64,000 bases of DNA from an uncultured Acidobacteriota bacterium (GTDB lineage Bacteria > Acidobacteriota > Thermoanaerobaculia > Thermoanaerobaculales > Sulfomarinibacteraceae), in contig CAWGLT010000016.1 in the NCBI GenBank assembly GCA_963823445.1, forward strand, positions 11,743 through 75,742, read 5' to 3'. A program made the translations under genes and the position numbers. Under the pieces are notes generated by a model. The model did no database searches. It had not been told where the DNA came from and saw only the letters and a list, made by a program, of their open reading frames with translations. Positions 42,554 to 52,379 of this stretch are shown here, in pieces; position 1 is the stretch's first letter; each line of letters starts with the position of its first letter.

Positions 42554-43867
42554 TCAGTTCGCCAACCGGATTCCCTTGGCATCTTCTGACAACTGGATGT
42601 CCTGCGGCAGGTGGCGGCCGTTGACCCAGACGATCCGCTGCCGATCGAGCTGGTAGCGCACCCGGCGCACCGCGCGGACGAGATCATCGACGTTGTCCAC
42701 CGGCCGCGGTTCGCCCCAGCCCGGCGGCACGTCCTTCACCGGTCCGGAGAGATCCCAGACGATGAGCGGCACCCTGAGGGCCGTGAGGTAGCTTCGCGCC
42801 GCCTCGACCGAGAAACGGCTCCCGTCCTCACGCTCCTGCCCGAGCAGGAGAATGACGGCGCGGCGTCCATTGCCCTCGGCGGCGCGGATCCCGGCCACGG
42901 CAACGGCGTCCGACATCATCAACGGACCCGCGAGCTGGGATGTCGGAGACGTGCCGATGGTCCCGGTCACGACCCCCTCCGATCCCGGGGTCGGCACCTC
43001 GGAGAACGGAAAGAGCACCGTCGGCGACGACCCCCGGCCGGAGACGACGGGCTCCGGCGACAGGGTCAGAAGATCGACGTCGTCGTCGAAGTCGTCGAGC
43101 GAGCGATTCTCAGACGAACCCCGCCGCGCCTTCTTGCGCCGGCCTGCGAGCTCCGGTTCCATGGCCGCCAGGCGATGAACGACGGTCGGATCGCGAACGA
43201 GCACCACCCTCGCCCCCGGTTTTTCGACCGCCGCCACCCGGATTTCACCCCCGCGGTCGACAAACCACCCTGCCATGGATTCGATGGGCGGGAGCTCGTC
43301 GAGGTCATCGAGGACGACCGCCACCGCGGTGAGGCCCGAGTCGTGCTCGCCCTCGAACTCGGGGCCGAAGACGAGTTCGCGTCGGATGACGACATCGGAG
43401 GAAAACTCGAACTCCGCCGTCAGGACGTGGACCTTTTTCTCGGCAATTGCGGTGAGGTCGATGCGGTACGGCGGCCGCACCTTGAGCTCCCGGCCGTCGA
43501 GCTCGACGAGGATCTTCCGCGGCTTGGTGAACTCGGGGCTCGTCCACGCCAGACGGGCCGCGGTCACGATCCCCGCATCATCTCGAATGGCGACGATCTC
43601 GGCCTCGGCTCGCTGGCCGGGAAGATTGAGGAGCCGGCGGTCCCTGCCGAGTTCCCGACCATCGGCATCGAGGGCCACCGCTTCGAACTCCACCGGAAGG
43701 AGGGTGCGGCCGAAATCGACCCGCGTCACCCAGGGCGGCGTCTCGATCTCGGCGACGATCTCGCCGTCGAGGCGGAATTCGACCCTGGCAACCGGTCCGG
43801 ACACGGTCACTTCGACGTTCTGCACGCCGACGACCAGACCGACGAAGAGACTGAGAAACTCGATCAT
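42554..43867 (-). CDS. Hypothetical protein (N-terminal Ig-like domain, degenerate VWA-like C-terminus)
   Basis: Start at MIEFLSLFVGLVVG; VEFRLDG...PPW and DAVAVAG...RRAVILLL; host-like codon usage. Confidence 0.7.
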   Translation of the reverse strand: MIEFLSLFVGLVVGVQNVEVTVSGPVARVEFRLDGEIVAEIETPPWVTRVDFGRTLLPVEFEAVALDADGRELGRDRRLLNLPGQRAEAEIVAIRDDAGIVTAARLAWTSPEFTKPRKILVELDGRELKVRPPYRIDLTAIAEKKVHVLTAEFEFSSDVVIRRELVFGPEFEGEHDSGLTAVAVVLDDLDELPPIESMAGWFVDRGGEIRVAAVEKPGARVVLVRDPTVVHRLAAMEPELAGRRKKARRGSSENRSLDDFDDDVDLLTLSPEPVVSGRGSSPTVLFPFSEVPTPGSEGVVTGTIGTSPTSQLAGPLMMSDAVAVAGIRAAEGNGRRAVILLLGQEREDGSRFSVEAARSYLTALRVPLIVWDLSGPVKDVPPGWGEPRPVDNVDDLVRAVRRVRYQLDRQRIVWVNGRHLPQDIQLSEDAKGIRLAN

Positions 43868-43898
43868 CGCGGACAGTACGCAGTTCTCATGGGAGAGG

Positions 43899-45065
43899 TT
43901 ACCGGGCGCGTGACGCGACGGCGCCGACGACTTCGCGGATCCGAGCCGCGACCCTCTCCGGCGCATAGTGAGCGCGCCAGACTTCGGTCCCCCGGGCGGC
44001 CTGGCGGCGCGCCGAATCGGCATCATCGAGAAGGCGGGACACCGTTTCCACCCACTCATCCTCGTTTTGGGCCGCCGCGACCGCCGACGGGTCCTCGAGC
44101 CCGGCCGCCGACCAGGGGTCGGCCACCACCGGGACTCCGGCGGCGAGGGCTTCGAGAATCTTGATGGGGACGCCCGAACCGCTCGCCATGGGCGCGATGG
44201 CGACCCTGGCGCGAGCCAGGTGAACTCCGAGGTCCTCGACATCACCGAAGACCTCGATCCCCGGCGCCGATGCGAGCCGTCGGACGGCCGCGGCGGGGCG
44301 GGCGCCCGCGAGAATGAGCTTCGCTGCAGGCTCACGATCGCGAAGCCGCGGCCAGATCCGGTCGGCAAACCACCGAGCCGCGCGGACGGTGGGGCGGTAC
44401 CCGAGATTTCCGGAGAGCAGCACCACCGGTTCGGCGGACCGAGGATCAGCGAGGACGACGTCGGCACCCGAAGCGACCGTGACGACCACTCCGCGGGCGC
44501 CGGCTCCGAGAGCCTGCAGGTCCCTCCCGCTGACCGCGGTCGTGAGCGCGGCGGCGGCAACCAGCTCGGTCTCCCGGCGGCGGCAGCGCTCGGCCTCCCA
44601 GCGGAACACGGGACGGGTCAGCCCTCTCGCCGACGCGGCCGCCCTGTGGTAGTGGAGGGCCATGCAATCGATGGCGTCGAAGATCACCGGCACACCGGGG
44701 TCGATCCGTTTGACGGCATCGGCGGCCCAGCCGCATCGGACCATCTGGACCACCGCGACATCGGGCTTGAAGTCACGCACGGCTCGAGCGACGAGCTTCT
44801 TCCCGGCAGCCGTTGCGTAGAGCCCCTCCTGGGCCGGCCGACCCGCGAGGACAGCGGTGCCGACGCCGATGGCGCTCGCGGCCCCGATTCCGGGAAGGAG
44901 CCGAAGCTCGACATCCCCACCCGCTGGGTCGGCGGCGTCATCGGCCGGCGGGCAGATGAGGAGGCGCTCGTGGCCTTGGAGCGCGTCGAGCCACTGGATC
45001 GTCCGCAGCTGATTCCCCCGCCACGGCGGCCAGGGATATCGGCTCGAGACCAGCAGCAGCTTCAT
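43899..45065 (-). CDS. Glycosyltransferase family 4
   Basis: SSRYPWPP..GNQLR, GSGVPIKILEALAAGVPVV. Confidence 0.9.
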   Translation of the reverse strand: MKLLLVSSRYPWPPWRGNQLRTIQWLDALQGHERLLICPPADDAADPAGGDVELRLLPGIGAASAIGVGTAVLAGRPAQEGLYATAAGKKLVARAVRDFKPDVAVVQMVRCGWAADAVKRIDPGVPVIFDAIDCMALHYHRAAASARGLTRPVFRWEAERCRRRETELVAAAALTTAVSGRDLQALGAGARGVVVTVASGADVVLADPRSAEPVVLLSGNLGYRPTVRAARWFADRIWPRLRDREPAAKLILAGARPAAAVRRLASAPGIEVFGDVEDLGVHLARARVAIAPMASGSGVPIKILEALAAGVPVVADPWSAAGLEDPSAVAAAQNEDEWVETVSRLLDDADSARRQAARGTEVWRAHYAPERVAARIREVVGAVASRAR

Positions 45066-45072
45066 GAATCGA

Positions 45073-46182
45073 TCAAGCCGTGTAGAACCCCGCGATCGCG
45101 TCCACGACCTCTTCGATCTCCGCCGCCGTGAGCTCGGGGAAGACCGGCAGGGCCAGGACCTCGCGACTCGCCTGCTCGGCGACCGGGCAATCCCCTTTGG
45201 CATATCCGAGGTCGCTGAAGCACGGCTGGAGGTGGAGGGGCAGGGGGTAGTACACCGCGCACCCGATCCCGAGATCGACCAGGTGCTGGCGAAGCTCGTC
45301 GCGTCTGGGCGCGCGGATCACGAATTGATTGAAGGTGTGGCCGCGCCGCGACAGGGCGAGGGGAAGACCGAGGACCTTGTCCAGGCCCTTTTGGGTGAAG
45401 AGATCCACGTAGCGCATGGCGTTGGCCCGCCGGCCCTGGATCCAGCCGTGCACGTGCGGCAGCTTGACGCGGAGCACCGCGGCCTGGATGGCATCGAGGC
45501 GGAAGTTGCCCCCCACCAGCGGGTGGAGATAGGGCCCCGACTGACCGTGGACGCGGAGCTCGCGGAGCCTGGCCGCCAACCCGGCGTCATTGGTGGTCAC
45601 CAGACCGCCGTCGCCGAACCCGCCGAGGTTCTTCGAGGGAAAGAACGAAAACGCGCCCATGAGACCGTGCCCGCCGACATACTTGCCGTCGAAGTCCGCA
45701 CCCCAGCCCTGCGCGCAGTCCTCGAGGATCGGAATTTCGCCGGCGGCCTCGAAGATGGCTTTGAGGTCGGCCGACTGGCCGAAGAGGTGGACCGGAACGA
45801 TCGCCTTGGTGCTTTCGTTGATCCGATCCCGGATCGCTTGCGGATCGATGTTGAAATCGACCGGGTCGATATCGACAAAGACCGGTGTCGCGCCGAGCCG
45901 CGCCACCACTCCCGCGGTGGCGAAAAAGCTGAAAGTGGGCAGGATGACCTCGTCGCCGGGGCCGATGTCGAGGGCCATGAGCGCCACCAGAAGGGCATCG
46001 GTTCCGGACGCAACCCCGATCGCGTGTTCGACCTTGAGCCACTTGGCCGCCGAGCGCTCGAACTGGTCGACCTCGGGCCCGAGGATGAAGTACTGGCTCG
46101 CCGCGACCCCGTTGAGGGTCCTTTCCATTTCGTCGCGCAGAGGTTCGTACTGGCGTTTGAGATCGAGCAGGGGGATCGGCAT
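45073..46182 (-). CDS. DegT/DnrJ/EryC1/StrS aminotransferase
   Basis: SGTDAL, PVHLFGQ, EDCAQ, SFFPSKNLG and NFRLDAIQAA. Confidence 0.95.
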   Translation of the reverse strand: MPIPLLDLKRQYEPLRDEMERTLNGVAASQYFILGPEVDQFERSAAKWLKVEHAIGVASGTDALLVALMALDIGPGDEVILPTFSFFATAGVVARLGATPVFVDIDPVDFNIDPQAIRDRINESTKAIVPVHLFGQSADLKAIFEAAGEIPILEDCAQGWGADFDGKYVGGHGLMGAFSFFPSKNLGGFGDGGLVTTNDAGLAARLRELRVHGQSGPYLHPLVGGNFRLDAIQAAVLRVKLPHVHGWIQGRRANAMRYVDLFTQKGLDKVLGLPLALSRRGHTFNQFVIRAPRRDELRQHLVDLGIGCAVYYPLPLHLQPCFSDLGYAKGDCPVAEQASREVLALPVFPELTAAEIEEVVDAIAGFYTA

Positions 46183-46311
46183 GGCGGGACTCCTTGGGCC
46201 TTCTTCGTGACGACGGGCCGACCATCGAGCCGGCCCCGACAGGGTACACGAAACCGGCCGGATTGCGTCTCACTCTGTTAGAATCTCGACCCTACGCGTG
46301 AGGAGGCGCTG

Positions 46312-47637
46312 ATGCATATCTGTGTCGTGGGTACGGGTTACGTGGGACTGGTCACGGGGGCGTGTCTGGCCGATTTCGGCATCAGCGTGACGTGCGTCGA
46401 CAAGGACGAACGGAAGATCAGCATGCTCCTCCGCGGTGAGATGCCGATCTACGAACCGGGCCTCGACGCGTTGGTCGAGAAAAACGCCAAAGCCGGACGC
46501 CTCCACTTCACCACCGATCTCGACCCGGCCATCCGAAGCGCCCTGGCGATCTTCATCGCCGTCGGCACCCCGCCGAAAGAGGACGGTTCCGCCGATCTCT
46601 CGTATGTCATCCAGGTCGCCGAATCCATCGCCGACAATCTCGATGGTTACAAAGTCGTCATCACCAAGTCCACGGTGCCCACCGGAACCGGCCAGCTCAT
46701 CGAGAAGACGATTTCCGAGCGCACCACGAGCAAACACCCTTTTTCGGTGGTTTCCAACCCCGAGTTCCTCCGTGAGGGATCGGCCATCGAGGACTTCATG
46801 CGCCCCGACCGGGTGGTGATCGGCGCCCGCGACCACCAGGCCATCGCCATCTTGAAGGACATCTACTCGCCGCTGTTTCTCCGCGACACCCCGTTCGTCA
46901 TCACCAACGTCGAGTCGTCGGAGCTCATCAAGTACGCGTCGAACGCCTTTCTCGCCACCAAGATCACCTTCATCAACGAGGTCGCCGAGCTCTGCGAACT
47001 CATCGGCGCCGATGTCCACCACGTCGCCAAGGGGATGGGCCTCGACAACCGCATCGGCCCGAAGTTCCTTCACCCGGGTCCCGGCTACGGCGGATCGTGC
47101 TTCCCCAAGGACACCCAGGCCCTGACCGAGATCGCCCGCAAGGCCGGCCGGCCCTTCGACATCGTCGAGTCGGTGGTGGCCGTCAACGAGCGCATGAAGA
47201 TCCGCGCCGTGGACAAGGTCCGCACCGCCCTCGGCAACAACCTCGCCGGCAAGACCGTCGCCATGCTCGGACTCTCGTTCAAACCGGAGACCGACGACAT
47301 GCGGGAGTCGGCGTCGATTCCCATCGCCGAGACGCTCATCAACGAAGGCGCCAGGGTGCGTGCCTTCGATCCCGTGGCCATGGAAAACGCGAAGACCATG
47401 CTCCCGGCATCGGTGGAGTACTGCGACGACTCCTACCACGCCGCCGCCGGCGCCGACGCTCTGGTGATCGTCACCGAGTGGAACCAGTTCCGCTCCCTCG
47501 ATATGGACCGGATCAAGGGAGCGCTCAAAGGCAACGTCGTCGTCGATCTGCGCAACGTCTGCAACCCCGAACGCATGGCGGAGCACGGGTTCGAGTACTA
47601 CGGTGTCGGCAGGGCCAAGGTCGATCTGCCGGTATAG
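46312..47637 (+). CDS. ugd: UDP-glucose 6-dehydrogenase
   Basis: GTGYVGL, KSTVP, SNPEFLREG, GYGGSCFPKD and FKPETDDMRES. Confidence 0.95.
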   Translation: MHICVVGTGYVGLVTGACLADFGISVTCVDKDERKISMLLRGEMPIYEPGLDALVEKNAKAGRLHFTTDLDPAIRSALAIFIAVGTPPKEDGSADLSYVIQVAESIADNLDGYKVVITKSTVPTGTGQLIEKTISERTTSKHPFSVVSNPEFLREGSAIEDFMRPDRVVIGARDHQAIAILKDIYSPLFLRDTPFVITNVESSELIKYASNAFLATKITFINEVAELCELIGADVHHVAKGMGLDNRIGPKFLHPGPGYGGSCFPKDTQALTEIARKAGRPFDIVESVVAVNERMKIRAVDKVRTALGNNLAGKTVAMLGLSFKPETDDMRESASIPIAETLINEGARVRAFDPVAMENAKTMLPASVEYCDDSYHAAAGADALVIVTEWNQFRSLDMDRIKGALKGNVVVDLRNVCNPERMAEHGFEYYGVGRAKVDLPV

Positions 47638-47745
47638 TCATGGCGGCCGGCCCCTGCGGCAGCCCGGCGCCGTGCTCCTCGTTCATTGAGTCGATTCAAG
47701 CCACCACAAACCGTCCACCGTGACGGAGACACAGGAGAAGCCCAC

Positions 47746-48525
47746 ATGACCTTCCGAATGACCATTTCGCTGCTGATGGCCGGCGCGCTCTGCGTCGTCG
47801 GCGCGTGTACCGCCGAAAAACACGACGACGAGAGCGTCCAGAACCAGGCCCAGATCGAGGCGGCGACCCAGAGCCAGGCAGCCGCCGCGGGCAACACCGC
47901 CACCGGCACGGTCGTCGAGACCATGAACGCCGGGAACTACACCTATGTTCGCGTCGACACCGGCGGCGAGGAGATCTGGGCCGCGGCCACGCGATTCGAC
48001 GTGGCCGTGGGCGAGGTGGTGGTGGTTCCCCTGGAAATGCCGATGCTGGAATTTCACAGTGAGAGTCTGGACCGCACCTTCCCCGTGGTCTATTTCACCT
48101 CGCAGATCATGCGCGAGGGTGAAGCCGCCTCTCCGGCCATGCCTCCGGGACACCCCCAGGTGACCGGCGCCATGCCGTCATCCCAAGACAGCCCGAGCCC
48201 GGTGGAGCCTGTCGAACCGGCGGCCGGTGGAGTCACGGTCGCGAAGGTCTGGATCGACACCGCAGAGCTCGACGGGTCCGAGATCACCGTCCGCGGCCGC
48301 GTGGTCAAGTACAACGGCGGCATCCTCGGGACGAACTGGATTCACCTCCAGGACGGCACCGGATCGGCGGCCGACGGATCCCACGATCTCACGGTCACCA
48401 CCCTCGGCACGGCAGCGGTGGGCGATGTCGTCACCGCCACCGGCACCCTGGTCACCAATCAGGACTTCGGCGCCGGTTACACCTACGCTGTCCTGCTCAA
48501 GGACGCCGTGTTGGTCGCCGACTAG
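47746..48525 (+). CDS. Lipoprotein with two OB-fold domains (NrfJ-like)
   Basis: Lipobox VGAC, GTVVETMNAGNYTY, MPPGHP linker, NWIHLQDG and DFGAGY; AGGAG RBS. Confidence 0.75.
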   Translation: MTFRMTISLLMAGALCVVGACTAEKHDDESVQNQAQIEAATQSQAAAAGNTATGTVVETMNAGNYTYVRVDTGGEEIWAAATRFDVAVGEVVVVPLEMPMLEFHSESLDRTFPVVYFTSQIMREGEAASPAMPPGHPQVTGAMPSSQDSPSPVEPVEPAAGGVTVAKVWIDTAELDGSEITVRGRVVKYNGGILGTNWIHLQDGTGSAADGSHDLTVTTLGTAAVGDVVTATGTLVTNQDFGAGYTYAVLLKDAVLVAD

Positions 48526-48846
48526 CCCGTTCTCGTCCAGAAACGGCGGTTTTCGGCAATCTTGGCGTCAATCTGCGGGTTTCCTTGTCCGGCGTACGGA
48601 AGTACGCCTCCGCGCAAACCCTTGATTTCCTAAACCTTGCACGAAAACCGCTCGTTTCTGAATCGAGAACGACGCCGCCCCCGTCCAGGGTTTCTGGACG
48701 GGAACTAGCTCGGACTCTTCACTTCGAGCCGGCGCAATCCTCGATCCGTAGCGAGGCTTGCGCCTGAAATCCGTGCCGATAGTACGATCGGTGGAATCTC
48801 CTTGCGCTTGGACCGACAGGGTGTTAAAACTTGATGTGTTCTCAAG

Positions 48847-49254
48847 ATGAACGTCGTCAATTCCCGAGCCCTGCCGGTCGCGCTCGCGTTGATGTTGATC
48901 GTCAGCGTCCACGGAGTTGACTATCTCGCGGCCTCGCAGATGCAGCCGCGTTCGAGCTGCAACAGTTGCGACTGCACAAGAGAGTGCGGCTGCCGCGGTC
49001 CCGTCAAGACCTGCGGCTGCGGCTCCAAAGGCCTCTCGATCAAAGCCCGCTGCCGGTGCGGGTGCTCGGATCAGATCCACCTCACCGCGGCGTCCTCCTG
49101 GAAGAGCACCCTCGCCCCGGCCCGCCCCGTGGTCGGACCCGACCTCGGGTGGTCCCATGCGCCGGGGTTGGGCACTCCACTCTCGTGGCGGTTGGCCTAC
49201 GAGCACGATCACCCGCCAAGACCCCTCACCGAACAGGTCTCCCAGACAATCTAG
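48847..49254 (+). CDS. Cys-rich exported small protein with HPPR motif (DUF2946/CruR-like leader)
   Basis: Hydrophobic N-terminus, 10 Cys in 36 aa, Pro-rich spacer and EHDHPPR near the C-terminus; lies directly upstream of a TonB receptor. Confidence 0.65.
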   Translation: MNVVNSRALPVALALMLIVSVHGVDYLAASQMQPRSSCNSCDCTRECGCRGPVKTCGCGSKGLSIKARCRCGCSDQIHLTAASSWKSTLAPARPVVGPDLGWSHAPGLGTPLSWRLAYEHDHPPRPLTEQVSQTI

Positions 49255-49481
49255 TTTCGGACATCGCCGACCGTCGGCGCCTGCGGTCTTCCCGGCGGTG
49301 CGGAATCGCGGTCGTTGCCGACGACCGGCGCGAGGCTGAAAGCGGCCGGATCGCGTCGTTTCGGCAAGGAGCAGCGCATTCCGGCATCGATTCGGATCAA
49401 GCGCGGACTCGCCGTTCACCGATCGGAGAACGGGAGCCCGGGCCGGCGAACGGCGATCTCACCCACTCGGGAGGAGTTCAA

Positions 49482-51878
49482 ATGACGTCCATTGAAAACG
49501 CCGTCGGAGCCCGACGTTTCGTCGTGATCTCCGTGCTCGCGCTCGTGTGTTCATCGTCGCTCTTTGCAATCCACCTCTCCGCGGGAGAAGCACCGGCGCC
49601 GGGATCCGTCGCCGGACGGGTCCTCAGCTCCGACGCCGGGTCGACCGACGGCATCGCGGGGATCAACCTCAGGCTGGACGGCGGCGGAGGGGAACACCCG
49701 CAGCGAACGGTCAGTCAGGCGGGAGGGCGTTTCTCATTCACCGGTCTGAAGCCCGGAACCTACACTCTCTCCATCGAGAGCCCCGGTTTCGACACCCAGT
49801 CGACGACCCTCGATCTCCCTGCCGGTGGCGAAATCGTCCACGACTTCACCCTGTCCGCCGAGTTCAAGGAGTCCATCACCGTGACCGCCACACGGACCGC
49901 AAGGGCGGTCGACCAGGTTCCGGCGGCGGTCTCGGTCATCGGCAGCGACATCATCGAAAAGACCCCCATGACCAACATCAAGGAAGCCATCGTCGGCACC
50001 CCGGGCGTCCTCATCGAGTCAAAGAGCCAGGGCTATGATGCGCGGCTCATCATCCGCGGCGCCGGCCTCAAGGCCCGATACGCCATCCGCGAGGTGATGG
50101 TCCTGCTCAACGGGATCCCCATCACCGACCCGGACAGCCTCACCCGGCTCGATTTCGTCGACACCCACCTGGTGGACAGGATCGAGGTGGTCCGAGGCCC
50201 GAACTCCACCCTGTGGGGGATCAACTCCACCGGAGGGGCCATCAACGTCGTCACCAAGAGCCCGTTCGACGGCCACGGCGGCAGCGCCAGAGTCGATCTG
50301 GGCAACTACGGCGCCCGCAACGTCCAGGTGGGATACACCGGCGACCTCGGCGACAAGACGTTCTTCAACGCCAACTTCTCCCGCCGCCAGTCGACGAACG
50401 ACTGGCGCGAGTGGAACGAGTTCGACACCACCCAGTTCACGGTCCAGCCGTCATTCATTCTCGGCAAAGGTTGGGTGTGGGAGAACTTCATCAGCTATAC
50501 CGACGCCGATCTCCAGCTTCCCGGCCGACTCGTCGTCAACGACACCTACCACATCGATCAGTGGACGCCTTACATGGAAACCGGAGTCGTGGAAACCACC
50601 GCCGAACAGTGGAAGCACAACTCGAGGAACTCGGAGATCCTCTTCTTCGGCTCCAAGCTCGTCAAACGGTTCGGCGATGTTCAGTTCATGCCGCTGCTCT
50701 ACCTCAACAAGTGGAGCCACTTCCACCCCGTTACCGCGAAGATCAACGACGCCGACACCCTCGTCGGCGGCATCGATCTCCAGGCGGACTGGGACCACGG
50801 TTTCGGCGTCCTCACCGGCGGCGTCACCGCCCGCATCGACAACCAGGACTCTCAGGCCTACACCTACGCCGATGTTCTTCAGACCCCCGGCGGCCGGATT
50901 CTCTCCACCTTGTCGGACGAACCCGGCGAGCTCATGCAGGATCTCGAACGCGGCACCTCGCTCTATGGCATCTACGCCCAGGAGTCGATGCACTTCGGAT
51001 CCCGCTGGCTGCTCGATCTGGGCCTCCGTGTCGACCGCATCACCTTTGACGTCAAGGGTTACGAGTGGATCGACTACGACTGGAGTAGAGGCAGCTATGT
51101 CGACGGGGCGGGAGAAATCGACACCGTCGAAACCTACACCGCTCTCAGCCCCAGGATCGGCGCGGTCTTCAACGCGAGCGACGCCGTCCATCTCTACGGC
51201 AACATCTCGGGCGGCGCCCAGACGCCGACCTCGGACGAGCTCACCATCAACCCGGATCTCAAGCTCACAACGGTGCAGAACTATGAGATCGGCATCAAGT
51301 CGAGTTGGAGAAACTTCGCCTTCGACACGTCGATCTATTACAGCCCGGTCTTCGACGAGGTCGTCCAGGTCATCCAACCGTTCGGCGAGACCGAGTACGT
51401 CAACGCCGGGGAAACCGAGAAGAAGGGCGTCGAGGTCGCGCTGACGTGGATGCCCGCAACCGGTCTCTCCGTCGGCGGCAGCTACACCTACTCGAACTAC
51501 ACCTACAAGGAGTTCTCCGAACCCGCCTTCGGCACCAATATCGACCGCAGCGGCAACCACCTGCCATATATCCCGGAGCACTACTACTCGCTCTTCGCGG
51601 CCTACGTCGACCCGACCGGGGTTTATCTGCGGGCCACCGCCAACAGCTGGGGCGAATACTGGATGGACAACGCGAACAGCGAGAAGTACGAGGGCTACAA
51701 CTTCGTGACCGACCTGACGGTGGGCTGGCAGAACCACCGGTTCGAAGCCGCGGTGATCATTCAGAACTTCTTCGACCAGCGGTACGCGGTGGAGGCGCAG
51801 AAGGACCTCTACGGGGCCCTGCGATACTCCCCCGCCGCGCCGCGGGCCATTCTCGCCCGCTTCGCCTGCAAATTCTGA
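49482..51878 (+). CDS. TonB-dependent receptor with N-terminal carboxypeptidase-regulatory-like domain
   Basis: ESITVTATRT TonB box, RIEVVRGPNSTLWG..GGAINVVTK plug, NFFDQRY and terminal Phe; GGAGG RBS. Confidence 0.95.
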   Translation: MTSIENAVGARRFVVISVLALVCSSSLFAIHLSAGEAPAPGSVAGRVLSSDAGSTDGIAGINLRLDGGGGEHPQRTVSQAGGRFSFTGLKPGTYTLSIESPGFDTQSTTLDLPAGGEIVHDFTLSAEFKESITVTATRTARAVDQVPAAVSVIGSDIIEKTPMTNIKEAIVGTPGVLIESKSQGYDARLIIRGAGLKARYAIREVMVLLNGIPITDPDSLTRLDFVDTHLVDRIEVVRGPNSTLWGINSTGGAINVVTKSPFDGHGGSARVDLGNYGARNVQVGYTGDLGDKTFFNANFSRRQSTNDWREWNEFDTTQFTVQPSFILGKGWVWENFISYTDADLQLPGRLVVNDTYHIDQWTPYMETGVVETTAEQWKHNSRNSEILFFGSKLVKRFGDVQFMPLLYLNKWSHFHPVTAKINDADTLVGGIDLQADWDHGFGVLTGGVTARIDNQDSQAYTYADVLQTPGGRILSTLSDEPGELMQDLERGTSLYGIYAQESMHFGSRWLLDLGLRVDRITFDVKGYEWIDYDWSRGSYVDGAGEIDTVETYTALSPRIGAVFNASDAVHLYGNISGGAQTPTSDELTINPDLKLTTVQNYEIGIKSSWRNFAFDTSIYYSPVFDEVVQVIQPFGETEYVNAGETEKKGVEVALTWMPATGLSVGGSYTYSNYTYKEFSEPAFGTNIDRSGNHLPYIPEHYYSLFAAYVDPTGVYLRATANSWGEYWMDNANSEKYEGYNFVTDLTVGWQNHRFEAAVIIQNFFDQRYAVEAQKDLYGALRYSPAAPRAILARFACKF

Positions 51879-51896
51879 TCGAGAGGAAGTGCGCTC

Positions 51897-52379
51897 ATGA
51901 AGAAAACACTCGTGTTCATGCTCGCCGCCGTCCTGTCGGTCGCGGCCGCGTGGTATCGCCACGGAGACTCCGCCCACGCCATGGGGATGGTCTCCATCAA
52001 AGGGGGCAGAGCCCTCCACCCCGTCCATCTTCCAGCCGGCAAGGAGCGCTACACGATGGTGGTCACCGGCACCGTCATTCCGCCCTACCGGGGAGACGCG
52101 AGGGTGACGGTCGACGGCGGTGAGCCGGTCCCGTTCATCGTCCGCGGTTCAGACCCCATCATCGATCTCGCGCTGCGCCGCCGCCCAACCTTCGAAGACG
52201 GAACGCTGACCGGACTCCAACCGCGAGACCGGTTCACCGTCTGGGTGGTCATCGACCCGGACGAGCCCATGCCTACGGGCAAACTCGATGTCACTTTCAC
52301 CGACACCGCCACGAACACACCGGTGCTCAAAATCCCGGTCATCTTCGGTGGGGAGGAGGGTCAGCACCATGAACACTGA
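51897..52379 (+). CDS. Hypothetical membrane-anchored/exported protein
   Basis: Signal-like N-terminus, His/Met cluster HGDSAHAMGM and C-terminal HHEH; operonic spacing. Confidence 0.75.
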   Translation: MKKTLVFMLAAVLSVAAAWYRHGDSAHAMGMVSIKGGRALHPVHLPAGKERYTMVVTGTVIPPYRGDARVTVDGGEPVPFIVRGSDPIIDLALRRRPTFEDGTLTGLQPRDRFTVWVVIDPDEPMPTGKLDVTFTDTATNTPVLKIPVIFGGEEGQHHEH

